Positions 9,616 to 20,451 of a stretch of 64,000 bases of DNA are shown in pieces. A model generated the notes under the pieces. The model saw only the letters and a list, made by a program, of their open reading frames with translations. It searched no databases and was not told the origin of the DNA. Both the position numbers and the translations under genes were made by a program. Each line of letters opens with the position of its first letter. Position 1 is the stretch's first letter. Source of the DNA: an uncultured Acidobacteriota bacterium (GTDB lineage: Bacteria > Acidobacteriota > UBA6911); contig CAWEJX010000015.1 of assembly GCA_963809485.1 (NCBI GenBank), positions 170,732 through 234,731 on the forward strand. The letters run 5' to 3'.

Positions 9616-10350
9616 CTATAAGGCGGCATTGGAGGACGAAAGGATGCGAAGAGATGTCACGGTTTCATCGATATCGTTGGCAATAATGTTTCTCTCTTGA
9701 AATTCATTGAGTACCTCCACCCTTAGATCCGCTTCCTTGGAGATCTTATCCTCAGACGGCAGAGTGGGATCCTTTTTGACATGCTCAATTTCGTTCGTGA
9801 TTCGCTGCCTGACCTCCGCCAAGTGGGCGGTTTCCGAGTTGAGTTGGACCATCTGATCGTAATATTTCCCCACCAATCGGTAAAATTCGTCCAAATATTT
9901 TTGTGCTGCGGGATCACTGAGCCTGCTTTGCTGATCCTTAAGCAACATCAGCATGTTGTACGCCAGAGCTCGATTCTTACTGAGGCCGTCGCCTTTGAAA
10001 TCGACGGCATTCCGGTCAAGTTCGGCCATGAAATCCCGGCTTAGCTCTTTAACTCCCTCTAATTCCTGGTTGGCAGGGGCACTCCGTACTATCACCTTGT
10101 TCGTTTCGTCAAGTCCGATCCCCGGGTTCGAAACGCCTTTTGAATGTCTGTAATAACTATAAATGCATAGCAGGGAGACGATCACGATAACTGGGATGGC
10201 CCAATGCAGGACCGCTCGATTGAAATTCATCGACTTGGAGTCATGGATATCTCCAGGATTACCGGAAGACAGCGGAGTGGCACACCTCCGGCAGCGGCGG
10301 GCATTTCCCCTGTTGATCAGTTTGCACTTAGGACATCTGATTACACCCAA
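9616..10350 (-). CDS. Hypothetical protein: zinc ribbon, single TM, helical domain
   Basis: CPKC...CRRC, one TM segment, coiled C-terminus. Confidence 0.65.
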   Translation of the reverse strand: MGVIRCPKCKLINRGNARRCRRCATPLSSGNPGDIHDSKSMNFNRAVLHWAIPVIVIVSLLCIYSYYRHSKGVSNPGIGLDETNKVIVRSAPANQELEGVKELSRDFMAELDRNAVDFKGDGLSKNRALAYNMLMLLKDQQSRLSDPAAQKYLDEFYRLVGKYYDQMVQLNSETAHLAEVRQRITNEIEHVKKDPTLPSEDKISKEADLRVEVLNEFQERNIIANDIDETVTSLRILSSSNAAL

Positions 10351-10457
10351 TCACTCATACCTTTCGATAAGTTCGAGTTGGCGTTCCATGCGGCGGCAGC
10401 GGCCGAATCCCGGGCTGCAATAATCACAGAACACCAGTTTCTGAACAAACAGGCGAT

Positions 10458-11936
10458 CTAGGGATCCATCCCGCTGGTGATTTCTCTGAATGATAGTTGC
10501 GTTAAAGGGATAAGGCCGCTACCCATGTTCAATAGCGAGCCGTCGTAGGATGAAATTTGGCTGTTCCCTCTGATATCAAAAACCGTGGACGTTCCGAAAG
10601 TCCACGCCCCGTCAACCTGGGTTAGATTGGCGATAATTATTCCACCGTGAATGCCGCGATTCATGCCGTGGGCCCAAAAGTCACCCCCGCCTATCACCAG
10701 AACGAGTCCATCAAACTCCACGCTGCCGCCCATGGCGCACATGCCCGTTACCACCAGCAGCCCTGCTCCCGAGATCCCGCCGGTAGCGCTCAAGTCCCCG
10801 CTAACGTAGGTAATTTTGGGATTCGAAACAGTCCCTAGATCTACACCGCCGATCGATCCGTCCGTTATTATATTATCCGCCACTCGAGGCACCTGGTTAT
10901 ACGCAAAGTCCTGCAGCCAGGCAGGATCCCGCAAGTTCGCTTTTGCGGGATCGGCCATCACACTGGCGGTGATGTCGGCAATGCAATTAGACGCATCGGC
11001 TCCTGTGCAATTTCCGGTGATATTTCCTTTACCTCCTGTGGCAGTTTTCAGGATCTGGTCGGGATAATAAGCATCCGTCAGATCCGTGTCGATGGTTGCA
11101 AGTCCCGGCCCGTCGCTGGTGCCGGTGATGTCAAAGGCGTTTCCCGAAAAATTCGCGTCCACATCGCTTCCGATTACTATCGCCGGTGAGCCCATGTTGC
11201 TAAACGGGGCACCACCCTGTATGAATCTGGATTCAAATATCGCGACCGAATTCCGGCGCCTATTGGCTCCGGCGCTGTCTGAGATTGTTCCTGCAACCCC
11301 AACGGAGCGGACGATGATAATTCCATCCCCGTCAACGAAAGGATTATCCGCCGGATCCCGGGCCAGTTCCGATGCCTCGCCGTTGTTGTCGGTAACTTTA
11401 ACGAAATATCGAGCTGTGTTCACCGTCCCCGATCCGTATGGATTTGTGGAAGTGAAAAGGACGCCGGTTCGGGGTATCAGCACTGTTCCCGAGCCCGTAG
11501 TGACAAGCCCATCATCGTTAAGGGAGCTGAGATCGCTTGCAGGATCCGGAAGGTTCAGCGATTGGAATGTGGCCCAGCCGGTCAGGTTGCGAAAGCTGGC
11601 GAAACGGGCGATGCTGAGATATTCCGTTGTGTTGGTGTAAGTTCCATCCGGCCCCTTAAGGGCATCGTTAAACGAAAGCCCGCGTAGAACCTCGCGTGCA
11701 TGCTCGAGGCCGGCGCGGGCTGCCCACCTTGCCTGCAACATGCTTTCGCTGTTGTCGCTTATTTTCACCTCCTCGACACTGCTCATGAACAGATATGCGG
11801 AAAACATGGTTAGCAGCAAAAGCGCGATCATGACAAGAACCATCGCGATCCCCTGCTCATCCTTAAGCCCTCGATGATCAGCGCTGTCGAGTTCGGAGTT
11901 CTTAGGCAGATTTGGTTGAGAGGTAATTGTCTTCAT
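10458..11936 (-). CDS. pilX: PilX-like minor pilin
   Basis: EQG/IAMVLVMIALLLL class III leader without Glu5, ARWAARAGLE PilX N-terminal motif; last gene of the minor pilin operon. Confidence 0.75.
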   Translation of the reverse strand: MKTITSQPNLPKNSELDSADHRGLKDEQGIAMVLVMIALLLLTMFSAYLFMSSVEEVKISDNSESMLQARWAARAGLEHAREVLRGLSFNDALKGPDGTYTNTTEYLSIARFASFRNLTGWATFQSLNLPDPASDLSSLNDDGLVTTGSGTVLIPRTGVLFTSTNPYGSGTVNTARYFVKVTDNNGEASELARDPADNPFVDGDGIIIVRSVGVAGTISDSAGANRRRNSVAIFESRFIQGGAPFSNMGSPAIVIGSDVDANFSGNAFDITGTSDGPGLATIDTDLTDAYYPDQILKTATGGKGNITGNCTGADASNCIADITASVMADPAKANLRDPAWLQDFAYNQVPRVADNIITDGSIGGVDLGTVSNPKITYVSGDLSATGGISGAGLLVVTGMCAMGGSVEFDGLVLVIGGGDFWAHGMNRGIHGGIIIANLTQVDGAWTFGTSTVFDIRGNSQISSYDGSLLNMGSGLIPLTQLSFREITSGMDP

Positions 11937-11961
11937 GGTTTTATCCCAATCGCTTTTGCTG

Positions 11962-12486
11962 CTAAAAGGGAGCCGGAGCTGCCTTGTAGGGAGGGGTTTG
12001 ACGGATTAGACCGCCCCTGTCTACAAGAATGTCCACGCGCAGCCCACTGGGAGAAATCAGCCTGATGCGTCCGGCAGAACCATTTCCTGAAACCGGCAGA
12101 GTCCCATCAGGCTGAAATGTCACGTAGCTGCCGGGGAAAGTAACCGCATCGACGCCATCAGCGGTATTCAGGCTGATACCTTTGGGCAAGTAATAGGGCC
12201 CCCTGAGCAGCGTGCCGTCCGACAATTCCACCTGATAGAACCTTGCATTGGAAAAGTTGACACGAAGGGGTTCATTGCCGGATACCGCCTTGAGTTTAGC
12301 CGAATGCAGATAGGTGCAGATCTCTTGAGCCGAGAAAACAGTGCTGTAACTGTTCCACATGGCTATCACTCCGGGCACGGCCATAGCGGCAATGATCCCG
12401 GCGACACATAGAACGACTGTTATTTCAACGAGCGAAAACCCGGCATTTTGGGGCCAGCCTGAGGCACGTCCATTCATTTGCATCAC
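11962..12486 (-). CDS. FimT/GspH-like minor pilin
   Basis: AG/FSLVE prepilin motif, GspH-like TFQPDG motif. Confidence 0.75.
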   Translation of the reverse strand: MMQMNGRASGWPQNAGFSLVEITVVLCVAGIIAAMAVPGVIAMWNSYSTVFSAQEICTYLHSAKLKAVSGNEPLRVNFSNARFYQVELSDGTLLRGPYYLPKGISLNTADGVDAVTFPGSYVTFQPDGTLPVSGNGSAGRIRLISPSGLRVDILVDRGGLIRQTPPYKAAPAPF

Positions 12487-13124
12487 CCTAGATTCGGCAG
12501 TGCGGCAACGCCGGCAAGAGTAAAGCCAAAGGTCTTTCCTGTACGAGGATTGGCCACGGACGAAGATCCGTTGATCGTAATCCTTATTGCTCTGACGTCG
12601 GCCCCAACCGTTGTAGCCGTCCCATTGTTGTCCAGATATTCCAGAGTTAAGCCGGATATGTAGTTTGCCAGAGTCTGAACCGTTCCGTCCGCGGCAACAA
12701 GCTCAATGCTTTGATCATCCGAATTATATTGGATTGTTATATCTTCATTCGCGTCCAGGATGTCGCCATCCGGATCACCCTGGTTGCCTCCTGCCTATCC
12801 GGTCAAATCGCTGCAGAGCCGCACTTCGGTCGCGCTTCCTGTTGACACGGGCGTTAACGAAGTTGACATCGGATTGTTGCCTGCCTGCACGATGTAACGC
12901 TCCAGAGCGCTCATGGCCACCCGGGTATTTTCCATTACGCTCAGAACCTCTGTTTGATATCCCGAGTTGCTTTGCACATCGGCCAACATCATAAAAACGC
13001 CTGAGGACAGACCCAGAATGACCGCCATGGAGACCAGGAACTCCACGAGTGAAAAACCACTCTCTTTCAATATCCCCTGATCGCAGGGCAACGGCGCAAT
13101 GAACTGCTTTCTTGTTTTTTTCAT
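12483..13124 (-). CDS. PilW-like minor pilin interrupted by an in-frame TAG at 12795-12797
   Basis: SG/FSLVE leader; the same frame continues after TAG for 103 codons (AGGNQGDPDGDILDANEDITIQY...ALPNLG) to a TGA overlapping the next start. Confidence 0.75.
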
Positions 13125-13654
13125 CAGCCCCTGTAACTGAAAATGGTTGTTACATTAATTACCTTATTTTGTCCGACCTTGTTGTTTACCGTTGTCCCGG
13201 ACCCTGTCCCGGACCTGATCGGCGTTACTGTAACGGTCACCCGGACCGCCCGTAATACCTTGCCCACCCTGGCGTCCGGCACGGCGGCGACCGTCCAAGC
13301 CACGCTATAACGGTTCATTGTATTTTCGTCGTTGGGATTGACGATTTCGACCTGGACGGGGCCATGATTTCCAACCGTTAGATTTGCATCGCCGGCATTT
13401 TCCTTGTACAAGCGCGCCAGAGTTTCCAATTGATTGTTTGCCGCGAATCCGGCAGTGTCCTTGGACCGGGCAAGCGTAGTTGATTGAATTGAGCTAAAAA
13501 TCATCGGTCCAACAAACATCAGACCGAGGGCGAGGATAAGCATGGCCATCAGAGATTCAACCAGGCTGAAGCCTTCCGAACCGGCAGGGTTATAATCCGG
13601 CATGGCTTTTCTATCGAATGTTTCGACAGCTGGAATCTCCAAGATCATTTCCAT
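13124..13654 (-). CDS. PilV-like minor pilin
   Basis: EG/FSLVESLMAMLIL leader; alternative start at 13603. Confidence 0.75.
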   Translation of the reverse strand: MEMILEIPAVETFDRKAMPDYNPAGSEGFSLVESLMAMLILALGLMFVGPMIFSSIQSTTLARSKDTAGFAANNQLETLARLYKENAGDANLTVGNHGPVQVEIVNPNDENTMNRYSVAWTVAAVPDARVGKVLRAVRVTVTVTPIRSGTGSGTTVNNKVGQNKVINVTTIFSYRG

Positions 13655-13746
13655 ATGCGCATATATCCTTGGAATGGAATCATGCCATCCCCGTCACCCC
13701 GGTATCATCCCTGTTGGGACGCACCTGTTGCATAGCATCAAGGAGA

Positions 13747-13762
13747 AGCAAGAATCGTGCCG
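13747..13762 (-). promoter_or_regulatory. Sigma54 (-24/-12) promoter of the minor pilin operon
   Basis: Minus strand reads CGGCACGATTCTTGCT, matching TGGCACN5TTGC(A/T) with correct GG-N10-GC spacing, about 90 bp upstream of pilV. Confidence 0.65.
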
Positions 13763-14622
13763 GTTTCAGGCACAACAACACACAATAACTCATTCCTGCA
13801 AATGACTAGTTCCAAGGAACTTACGACGGAGAAAATATTCCCCATAATCCGGCGGGCCTTTTTAGGCAGTGGACTATGCTGATTCACAGCGTGTCCTATG
13901 CTGAAAATCAGCCATCGTAAATTTAACATCAAAAAAAGACCGCATTTTGGCAAGAGTGTCACACTCTTCTCCCCAGATTCAGCACACTTCCTGTCCGTAT
14001 AAAACAATTATCGGCAGCAATGCCCATAAATATGAGCAATAGTTTTTAGAAGCTTACGCCAAAAATCGTATATCCGATTAGTTTAACAAAACGGAGTATC
14101 GTCATCCTGCATGGAGGAGTTCAGAAATTTAACCGATGGCGCCGTCGGCCCGGCGATGGGTATGCTCCCCTTTGATATTGGGGCAGCGCCGGACAACTGG
14201 ACGTTTGACGAATCGACGAGATGACAGGGGGCTAAAAAGACGATGATGAAACAGGAGCAATTCCATTGGTAAACCCCCGGATCTGCGGACTCATAGAGTC
14301 TGACAGCACCGTCTTTTGAAACGCTGAGATGCGCTGACAAAAGCGCTGACAAACGCCGATTTGTTCGGCGAGGGTCGGCGAGCAAAAGCCGATGAGGAGC
14401 TTCCGATGGAGTTTTCAGGGCACTGTGGCAAGCGCCGTACGGCAAGGAGATGGAGGGTATGAGAAACCGTACGTTTGCCCGCGTAAGTCAGCGTTGAAGA
14501 CCGGAGTATCTACCCCAACCGCTTTGATCGGTTCAGATCTTGCCTCCGGCTTTGCCGGAGCCACCTGACCTTATTTATGCGGCATTGCTTATATTGCCAT
14601 GTATAGAAACTGGTTAAGGTTC

Positions 14623-17055
14623 TCAGCGTATCTCAATTAACCTTATGGCATAGCCGGGCTCCTCCATAATTATTTTCAGATTCTCCCCGTTTTGCTCAAT
14701 AAATTTTGTTAATGCCCGATATTTGGTCCTTAATGTCTTTCCCCGCGTTTTGTCAATCTGGGGCGTATTGGTGTCAATGATCAGGTATTTAAAGCCGGCA
14801 TTTTTAAAACGCGCGATGGTTTTTTTATCGTCACGATCGCGAGTAAGATACATAAAAATATCAAGCTGATTATCGTCGAGCACAAGTCTGTCATTTTGAT
14901 GAATGAAGTATTTAATGAAGGTTCCCACTCTATATATTTTCGGCGGATTTTCTTTATTCGCGTCAATATCACTGTTAATTATCTTGGAGATATTCAAATA
15001 TACCGGTATCAATTTTTTCATGTACCCATTTTCATCCATGACTCCTCTGGCATAGGCAAGACCGACAGGACTAATGGAAAAGGCTGGTGATGATACTGTT
15101 CTCAGACTGATGGCACAAACAAACCAAACAATTAATGCAATGTTCGTTGCATATCGCAAAAACGTCCAATAAGGGTTTTTTAGCCGATGAATTACCGCAA
15201 CGATGAGAATAAGCAAAAAGATGAATCCCCCGTAGCCGTACCAAATCACTCCTTTCGCAATAATTGCCCACAATATCCAATACATTGATCCTGCGATTAG
15301 TATTTCTTGCCACAGCTGTCGAGAGTTTGTCTCTTCGTTTACAGATGTTCTTACATAAGTGATAAATATTAGAGGTACTATTGCGAGAAATATGTAACCA
15401 ATATCCACATATGCCCCGGAAACAACCGGATTGAAGGTAACGGTAAAGGGAAGCAAAAGATATTTCCTTATTCCATGATCAAAACCGAGATATCGGCCCT
15501 GTTCCTCATGCACGCCGGTTGATGATATATCCGGCAATTGCCCCAAATTGCCGTTGACAGGAGGATTCATCGCGATGACAGGCGCCCTGCTTTTCCCGAA
15601 TCGCAGGGATTGCATGGATATCTGTCCGGTTTCAGCAATATTCTTAATCCCGTATGGCATGAAAGGCGTCCATATACATGCCATGAAAACCAGCATCGCC
15701 AGAAAGCTTTTTCTCTCCTTTCTTTTGATCATATAAAGCAGGGCGTAGAGCCACAGGATCACTATAAAGAACAGCGCCGTGTATTTAATGGTAAATGCAA
15801 ATCCCATAAAAAGTCCGCTCAACCACAGGGATTTCAACTCAGGTTGTCCTCCTTTCCTCCATGACAGAAAAGAAATAAAGGCAAGCAGCATAAAAAACAG
15901 GGCGCCTAAATCCACCTTCATGTCACTGGATGATTGGTACATAACCGTGGGTAATGTGTAAAAAAGCGTTGCAGCAAATAAAGCGTAGGCATTTGCCTGC
16001 GATTTAGAGATATTTCGATGCTCACAACAGGATTGGACAGTCACATAAATACCTGCAAAAGCGAGGATTCCACCCAGAAAAGAGAGAAAAGAAGCTATGG
16101 TGGCGCTATGAAAAAGCACATACCCCAGACTCATGAAAAGTCCCCAGGAGTAGGCCTCTATACCGCCGAGCAATTCCCCCCGCTGAGCGAGCAAATTCGG
16201 AACATTCATATAGACTGCAGTATCATCCCATCCGATTGGAATAGGGCGGATTAATTCAAGGACATTGTGACTGAGCACAATCGAAAACAGAAAAAAGAGC
16301 AGGATGCGCACATCGGCATAAGGCCCCCGAAAATGCATTTGAGCCCTGAAAAAGGCTTTGAGCCACTGCCATAATTCTTTATGTGCCAGTGATAAAAATA
16401 AAATTACTATTAGCCAGACGGGGGCGCCTCGCAACCAGCCGAACAAGCCCAAAACAAAAAGTGTGAAAGTAATGAGAACCGCTCCAATGCCGAAAGATAA
16501 AAGGAATAACTTGAGACTATAGGGTTCGTCGCGTTTCAGGCGGCTGAAGGCATATTTCCCTATGGAAGCACAAATCAAAAGAATGAAGCCAAGGGCGGCA
16601 AGTATGAAGCCATAATGAGAAAATATGCCCGGGTAGGGCGTTATGAAAGCACCTGCGTAAATTTGATAGAATCCGAACCATATGAAAGCAATAAGAAAAA
16701 ATATAAAGGAAAAAATGATCATCAGTATGAAGGGCGAAAACTTTATATCAATGTTTCTCTCCTTGGCATACAAACGCCTCCATAAACAAAACAGGAAGTA
16801 GTCGCCACTGATAACCACGACCATAGACAATAGGGGATAGATTTCCAAGCTTCGCCCAAGGATGGAATGGAAGATGTGAATGTAATATTGGTGACTAGTT
16901 CTCCAGACTATCTGTCCATCCGCAACGCTGACAAAATAGGAGACCGCAACGCAGATAACCCATAGCGCCCCGATTATGTGCATGAAGATGCCAGCTTGAT
17001 ATTTCACAAAGAAGCCTTTTTTAACTATCCCGGCTCGCGGGATACGGGCCGCCAT
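14623..17055 (-). CDS. Polytopic GT-C superfamily (PMT/ArnT-like) glycosyltransferase
   Basis: Many TM helices; PIGWDD acidic loop motif; KVDL and GFAFTIKYT motifs; adjacent to DUF2304 and a polyprenol-P GT2. Confidence 0.65.
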   Translation of the reverse strand: MAARIPRAGIVKKGFFVKYQAGIFMHIIGALWVICVAVSYFVSVADGQIVWRTSHQYYIHIFHSILGRSLEIYPLLSMVVVISGDYFLFCLWRRLYAKERNIDIKFSPFILMIIFSFIFFLIAFIWFGFYQIYAGAFITPYPGIFSHYGFILAALGFILLICASIGKYAFSRLKRDEPYSLKLFLLSFGIGAVLITFTLFVLGLFGWLRGAPVWLIVILFLSLAHKELWQWLKAFFRAQMHFRGPYADVRILLFFLFSIVLSHNVLELIRPIPIGWDDTAVYMNVPNLLAQRGELLGGIEAYSWGLFMSLGYVLFHSATIASFLSFLGGILAFAGIYVTVQSCCEHRNISKSQANAYALFAATLFYTLPTVMYQSSSDMKVDLGALFFMLLAFISFLSWRKGGQPELKSLWLSGLFMGFAFTIKYTALFFIVILWLYALLYMIKRKERKSFLAMLVFMACIWTPFMPYGIKNIAETGQISMQSLRFGKSRAPVIAMNPPVNGNLGQLPDISSTGVHEEQGRYLGFDHGIRKYLLLPFTVTFNPVVSGAYVDIGYIFLAIVPLIFITYVRTSVNEETNSRQLWQEILIAGSMYWILWAIIAKGVIWYGYGGFIFLLILIVAVIHRLKNPYWTFLRYATNIALIVWFVCAISLRTVSSPAFSISPVGLAYARGVMDENGYMKKLIPVYLNISKIINSDIDANKENPPKIYRVGTFIKYFIHQNDRLVLDDNQLDIFMYLTRDRDDKKTIARFKNAGFKYLIIDTNTPQIDKTRGKTLRTKYRALTKFIEQNGENLKIIMEEPGYAIRLIEIR

Positions 17056-17080
17056 TTAAGGACAGGATCATTCGTCCATC

Positions 17081-17430
17081 TCAGCGGGATAGCTTGTCTA
17101 TTTGCGCCTTGAGAATACTGTTATTCTGCGCCAGGTTTTTTACCTGGTCGCTTAACCGCGATATTTTGATTGAAAAATGCAGCGAAATCAAAACCAGAAA
17201 AACTATGCCGAAAATAAACAGGGTGGTGGTAGGCGCCACGGCCCCGAGCAAGGCCTTGTCAGTTTGACGAGCAGGTCGTACCAGACGACCAGAAGAGTTA
17301 AAGCAAAACCGGTCAGCAGCCACAACCATGAATATTCTTCATGCAATTTTCTGTTTCGCACGAGGCAGATGATTACAGCAAAAATCGATAGACTGATAAA
17401 GACGGCAGCAATCTTCTGATGGAGCGTCAT
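17081..17430 (-). CDS. DUF2304 family membrane protein (frameshift near 17255)
   Basis: LVRNRKLHEEYSWLW in one frame joins LGAVAPTTTLF...ISRLSDQVKNLAQ in another. Confidence 0.8.
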
Positions 17431-17443
17431 CAAGGTACGCCTC

Positions 17444-18187
17444 CTATATGCTTGATTTCTTTCTTAACAGAGTCATCAAGATGGCCAGAAAAACGTTGAA
17501 GAAATAATGACTGATCCTGATAATACCCCGATGCATGCTCCTGCCTTCGGGGTTCGGCTGCATCCTTACAGGTAGTTCCCGCAGCTTGAAGCCCTTGCGA
17601 TGCAGGTCGATAATAGTATTGGCATCGGGGTAATGGTAAGGGAAGCCGTCTTCTGTAAAATATCGAAATACTGCACGATTCATGCACCGATAGCCGGACG
17701 TCGGATCTGTAATGGTTTCGGCCACCAGCAACTTGATAATCTTTCGGAATAAACTGATTGCCATCGACTTAAACAGGCCCGTCGTCTGCTTGTCGTTTTT
17801 CAGAAAGCGGGAGCCAATTGCCATATCACACCGGCGATCTTCAATCATGGCGAACAAATCCGGGATATGGGAGGGATGATGCTGGCCGTCGCCATCGATC
17901 TGCAGAAGAGTCTCATAGTTGTTCATCAGCGCATATTTATATCCCGTCTGCACGGCCACGCCGGCGCCCATATTGAAGGGGTGGCGGAGCAGAAGGGCGC
18001 CCGCTGAGGCGGCGCGCTCTGCGGTCCGGTCTTCGGAACCGTCATCGATGACCACGATATCCGCCTGGCTGTACTGCCTGACGCCTTCGATGACGGCGGC
18101 AATCTGCTTCTCTTCGTTGTAAGCGGGAATGATGATCAATCTTTTTGTTTGCAATGATTGGCCCCGGTTTTTGTTCCTAGGATCCAT
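17444..18187 (-). CDS. GT2 polyprenyl-phosphate sugar transferase (DPM synthase/GacI-like)
   Basis: IIIPAYNEE, DDGSED, QIDGDGQH, GSRF and DPTSGYR motifs. Confidence 0.85.
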   Translation of the reverse strand: MDPRNKNRGQSLQTKRLIIIPAYNEEKQIAAVIEGVRQYSQADIVVIDDGSEDRTAERAASAGALLLRHPFNMGAGVAVQTGYKYALMNNYETLLQIDGDGQHHPSHIPDLFAMIEDRRCDMAIGSRFLKNDKQTTGLFKSMAISLFRKIIKLLVAETITDPTSGYRCMNRAVFRYFTEDGFPYHYPDANTIIDLHRKGFKLRELPVRMQPNPEGRSMHRGIIRISHYFFNVFLAILMTLLRKKSSI

Positions 18188-19254
18188 TTTATAAAATGCC
18201 AGTACTTGTTCATTGAATAATTCACCAGTGCAAGCTTCCAGTCGCCGATCTCTTCATACCATACCCGACCGCTGAACATTCCCACAATATCCCGATCCTT
18301 CACCCTGCGCAATGACTGTGAATTGCGCCGCGCCGCCAGGAGGTAATTCCAGCTTTCGAAGCTCAGGAAGTATTTATAAACCCTTAATTTTTCTCTGAAC
18401 CATCCCCTCTGCACGGAGAACAGCAACAATCCGAACTCCATAATGACAAAAGGCAATGAAACTAAAAATAGGGTGGACAACTGGTAATTTTTGATTATTG
18501 CCAGCAGGCGATTTCGATCAAGCCAGTAATATTTCCGGGCGTCCTCGGCAAACGAATGCTTGTGATAGACGACTGCCTGCGGAGCTAAAACGCAACGCCG
18601 GCCGGCAAGCCGGATCCGCCAGCCCAAATCGTGGTCCTCATTATACAACTGGAATTCTTCGTCAAAGAGGCCCGTTGTCTCCAGAACCTCTTTTTTATAA
18701 AGGACAGCCGCACCCGAGGGGCAGCAGATTTCCTTAACGGGTTGGGAACGAGTTCCAGCATACTCTTCACCGTATCCCTCGCAATACCCAAATCCCAGAA
18801 AGTGGATAACGTTCCCCAGGCTGTTGACCTTCCGTCTATCGGGCCAAAACATGATTCTCGCCTGCACCGCCCCTATGGCGGCATCACTTTCCGCCGTTTC
18901 CACCAAACGGCTCACACAGCCCGCCTCGATGATCGTGTCCATATTGAACAGTACGATGAAATCAAAACCCTCCCGCAAAGCCTGCCGCATGGCATCGTTG
19001 TTTCCCTTGGCAAAGCCGTCGTTGTTTGCATTCCGGATTATCTCCGCTTCCGGCGCCGTTTCCTTCAGGAAGGCAAAGCTTGCCTCAGTAGACTGATTGT
19101 CCGTGATGAAGAGTTTTGTTTCACCGCCCCAGTCCTGTCTCCTCAGGCTTTCAATACAATCAGCCAAATATTCCCGGCCGTGATCGCCAAAATTGGGGCT
19201 GATGACGATGGCTGCTTTTTTCCCCCGCCTTAAGGGCATAATGTAAACTTCCAA
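18136..19254 (-). CDS. GT2 glycosyltransferase (WbbL/rhamnosyltransferase-like)
   Basis: DNQSTE, NDGFAKGNN, FDEEFQLYNEDHDLGWR motifs. Confidence 0.82.
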   Translation of the reverse strand: MEVYIMPLRRGKKAAIVISPNFGDHGREYLADCIESLRRQDWGGETKLFITDNQSTEASFAFLKETAPEAEIIRNANNDGFAKGNNDAMRQALREGFDFIVLFNMDTIIEAGCVSRLVETAESDAAIGAVQARIMFWPDRRKVNSLGNVIHFLGFGYCEGYGEEYAGTRSQPVKEICCPSGAAVLYKKEVLETTGLFDEEFQLYNEDHDLGWRIRLAGRRCVLAPQAVVYHKHSFAEDARKYYWLDRNRLLAIIKNYQLSTLFLVSLPFVIMEFGLLLFSVQRGWFREKLRVYKYFLSFESWNYLLAARRNSQSLRRVKDRDIVGMFSGRVWYEEIGDWKLALVNYSMNKYWHFIKWILGTKTGANHCKQKD

Positions 19255-19396
19255 TATTTTATGGCGATTTAGACTCTATATTATTACTGATAGATTTTAT
19301 CGCGCCATTTTGTTAAAAATAACTTCAAATGGCTTGAGCTGAATATAAATGATTGAAAAACCTTTAGTTATGCAGGTTTCACAGTGAAGGAAAATC

Positions 19397-20437
19397 ATGA
19401 TTGATCGGCCGAAAGTCTCCGTCATTATCCCATGCTTCAACATGGGCCAATACATCGACGAGGCGGTTGACAGCGTGTTCGCACAAACAATGCAGGATTT
19501 CGAGATTGTCATCGTTGACGACGGTTCGACGGATCATGCAACCATTCAACTGCTGTCAACCTATTGCCGTCCGAACACGCGAGTCGTGGTCACTAAGAAT
19601 CAGGGAGTGGCTGCCGCGCGAAATCATGCCATCGAGCATGCAAACGGAAAATATCTATGTGCGCTGGATTCTGACGACAAGCTGCATCCCACCTACCTCG
19701 AGGGCGCAACTTCGCTGCTGGATAGCGATCCTGCCCTGACATTTGTTTCCTCCTGGGTTCAGATGTTCGGCGCATCGGATGCCCTATGGAGGCAGGATTC
19801 CTGCGACCTCCCGGCATTGCTCTCGGAGTGCACGGTTATGACAGCCGCGCTGGTGCGCGCCGACGCCGTGCGCTCTGTTGGCGGATACGACACTCGGATG
19901 CCGGACCAGGGCGACGAGGATTGGGATTTGTGGATCAGCCTGGTCGAGCGCGGTTATCGCGGAACAATCATTCCGGAGGTTCTCTTTTACTATCGACGCC
20001 GGCCGGGATCCATGTGCGAAGTGTGCACCACGGGAGAAACCCATCTCCGCCTGGTGCGACACATCATGGAGAAACATCGGGAAAGCTATCAGAAGCACCT
20101 TACAGCCGTCCTCAATCGCAAACAAGCCGATATCGGCGGACTGCTGCATGAAAATTACGTGCTTGAGCGACACCTTAACGATCTTTTGCAGCCGATTGTG
20201 GAGTCGCGCAGAAAGGAAGTTGAGCGTTTACAGGCGAAGCTTGACCGGTTTGAGAAACGGCCAAAGACTGAGGCGCATGAATCTCTTGAAACAGTAAAGC
20301 GCCAGCTCGAAGAAAAAAAGGCAGAACTGCTATCGAAACAAGCGGAGGTACACGCATTGCGAGCCTCAGGAAGCTGGCGTATCACCGCGCCAATACGCGC
20401 CGCCTACGATGTATGGCTAAAGATAAAGAGCTTATAG
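19397..20437 (+). CDS. GT2 glycosyltransferase with C-terminal coiled coil
   Basis: VIIPCFN, DDGSTD, LDSDD, EDWDLW; coiled coil ending SGSWRITAPIR. Confidence 0.85.
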   Translation: MIDRPKVSVIIPCFNMGQYIDEAVDSVFAQTMQDFEIVIVDDGSTDHATIQLLSTYCRPNTRVVVTKNQGVAAARNHAIEHANGKYLCALDSDDKLHPTYLEGATSLLDSDPALTFVSSWVQMFGASDALWRQDSCDLPALLSECTVMTAALVRADAVRSVGGYDTRMPDQGDEDWDLWISLVERGYRGTIIPEVLFYYRRRPGSMCEVCTTGETHLRLVRHIMEKHRESYQKHLTAVLNRKQADIGGLLHENYVLERHLNDLLQPIVESRRKEVERLQAKLDRFEKRPKTEAHESLETVKRQLEEKKAELLSKQAEVHALRASGSWRITAPIRAAYDVWLKIKSL

Positions 20438-20451
20438 GTTATGGAGAACGG

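Noticed and set aside
14083-14570. 120-aa minus-strand ORF or ncRNA in the pilV/GT-C intergenic region
   Set aside because: No protein motif; the region holds only degenerate repeat fragments and small hairpins
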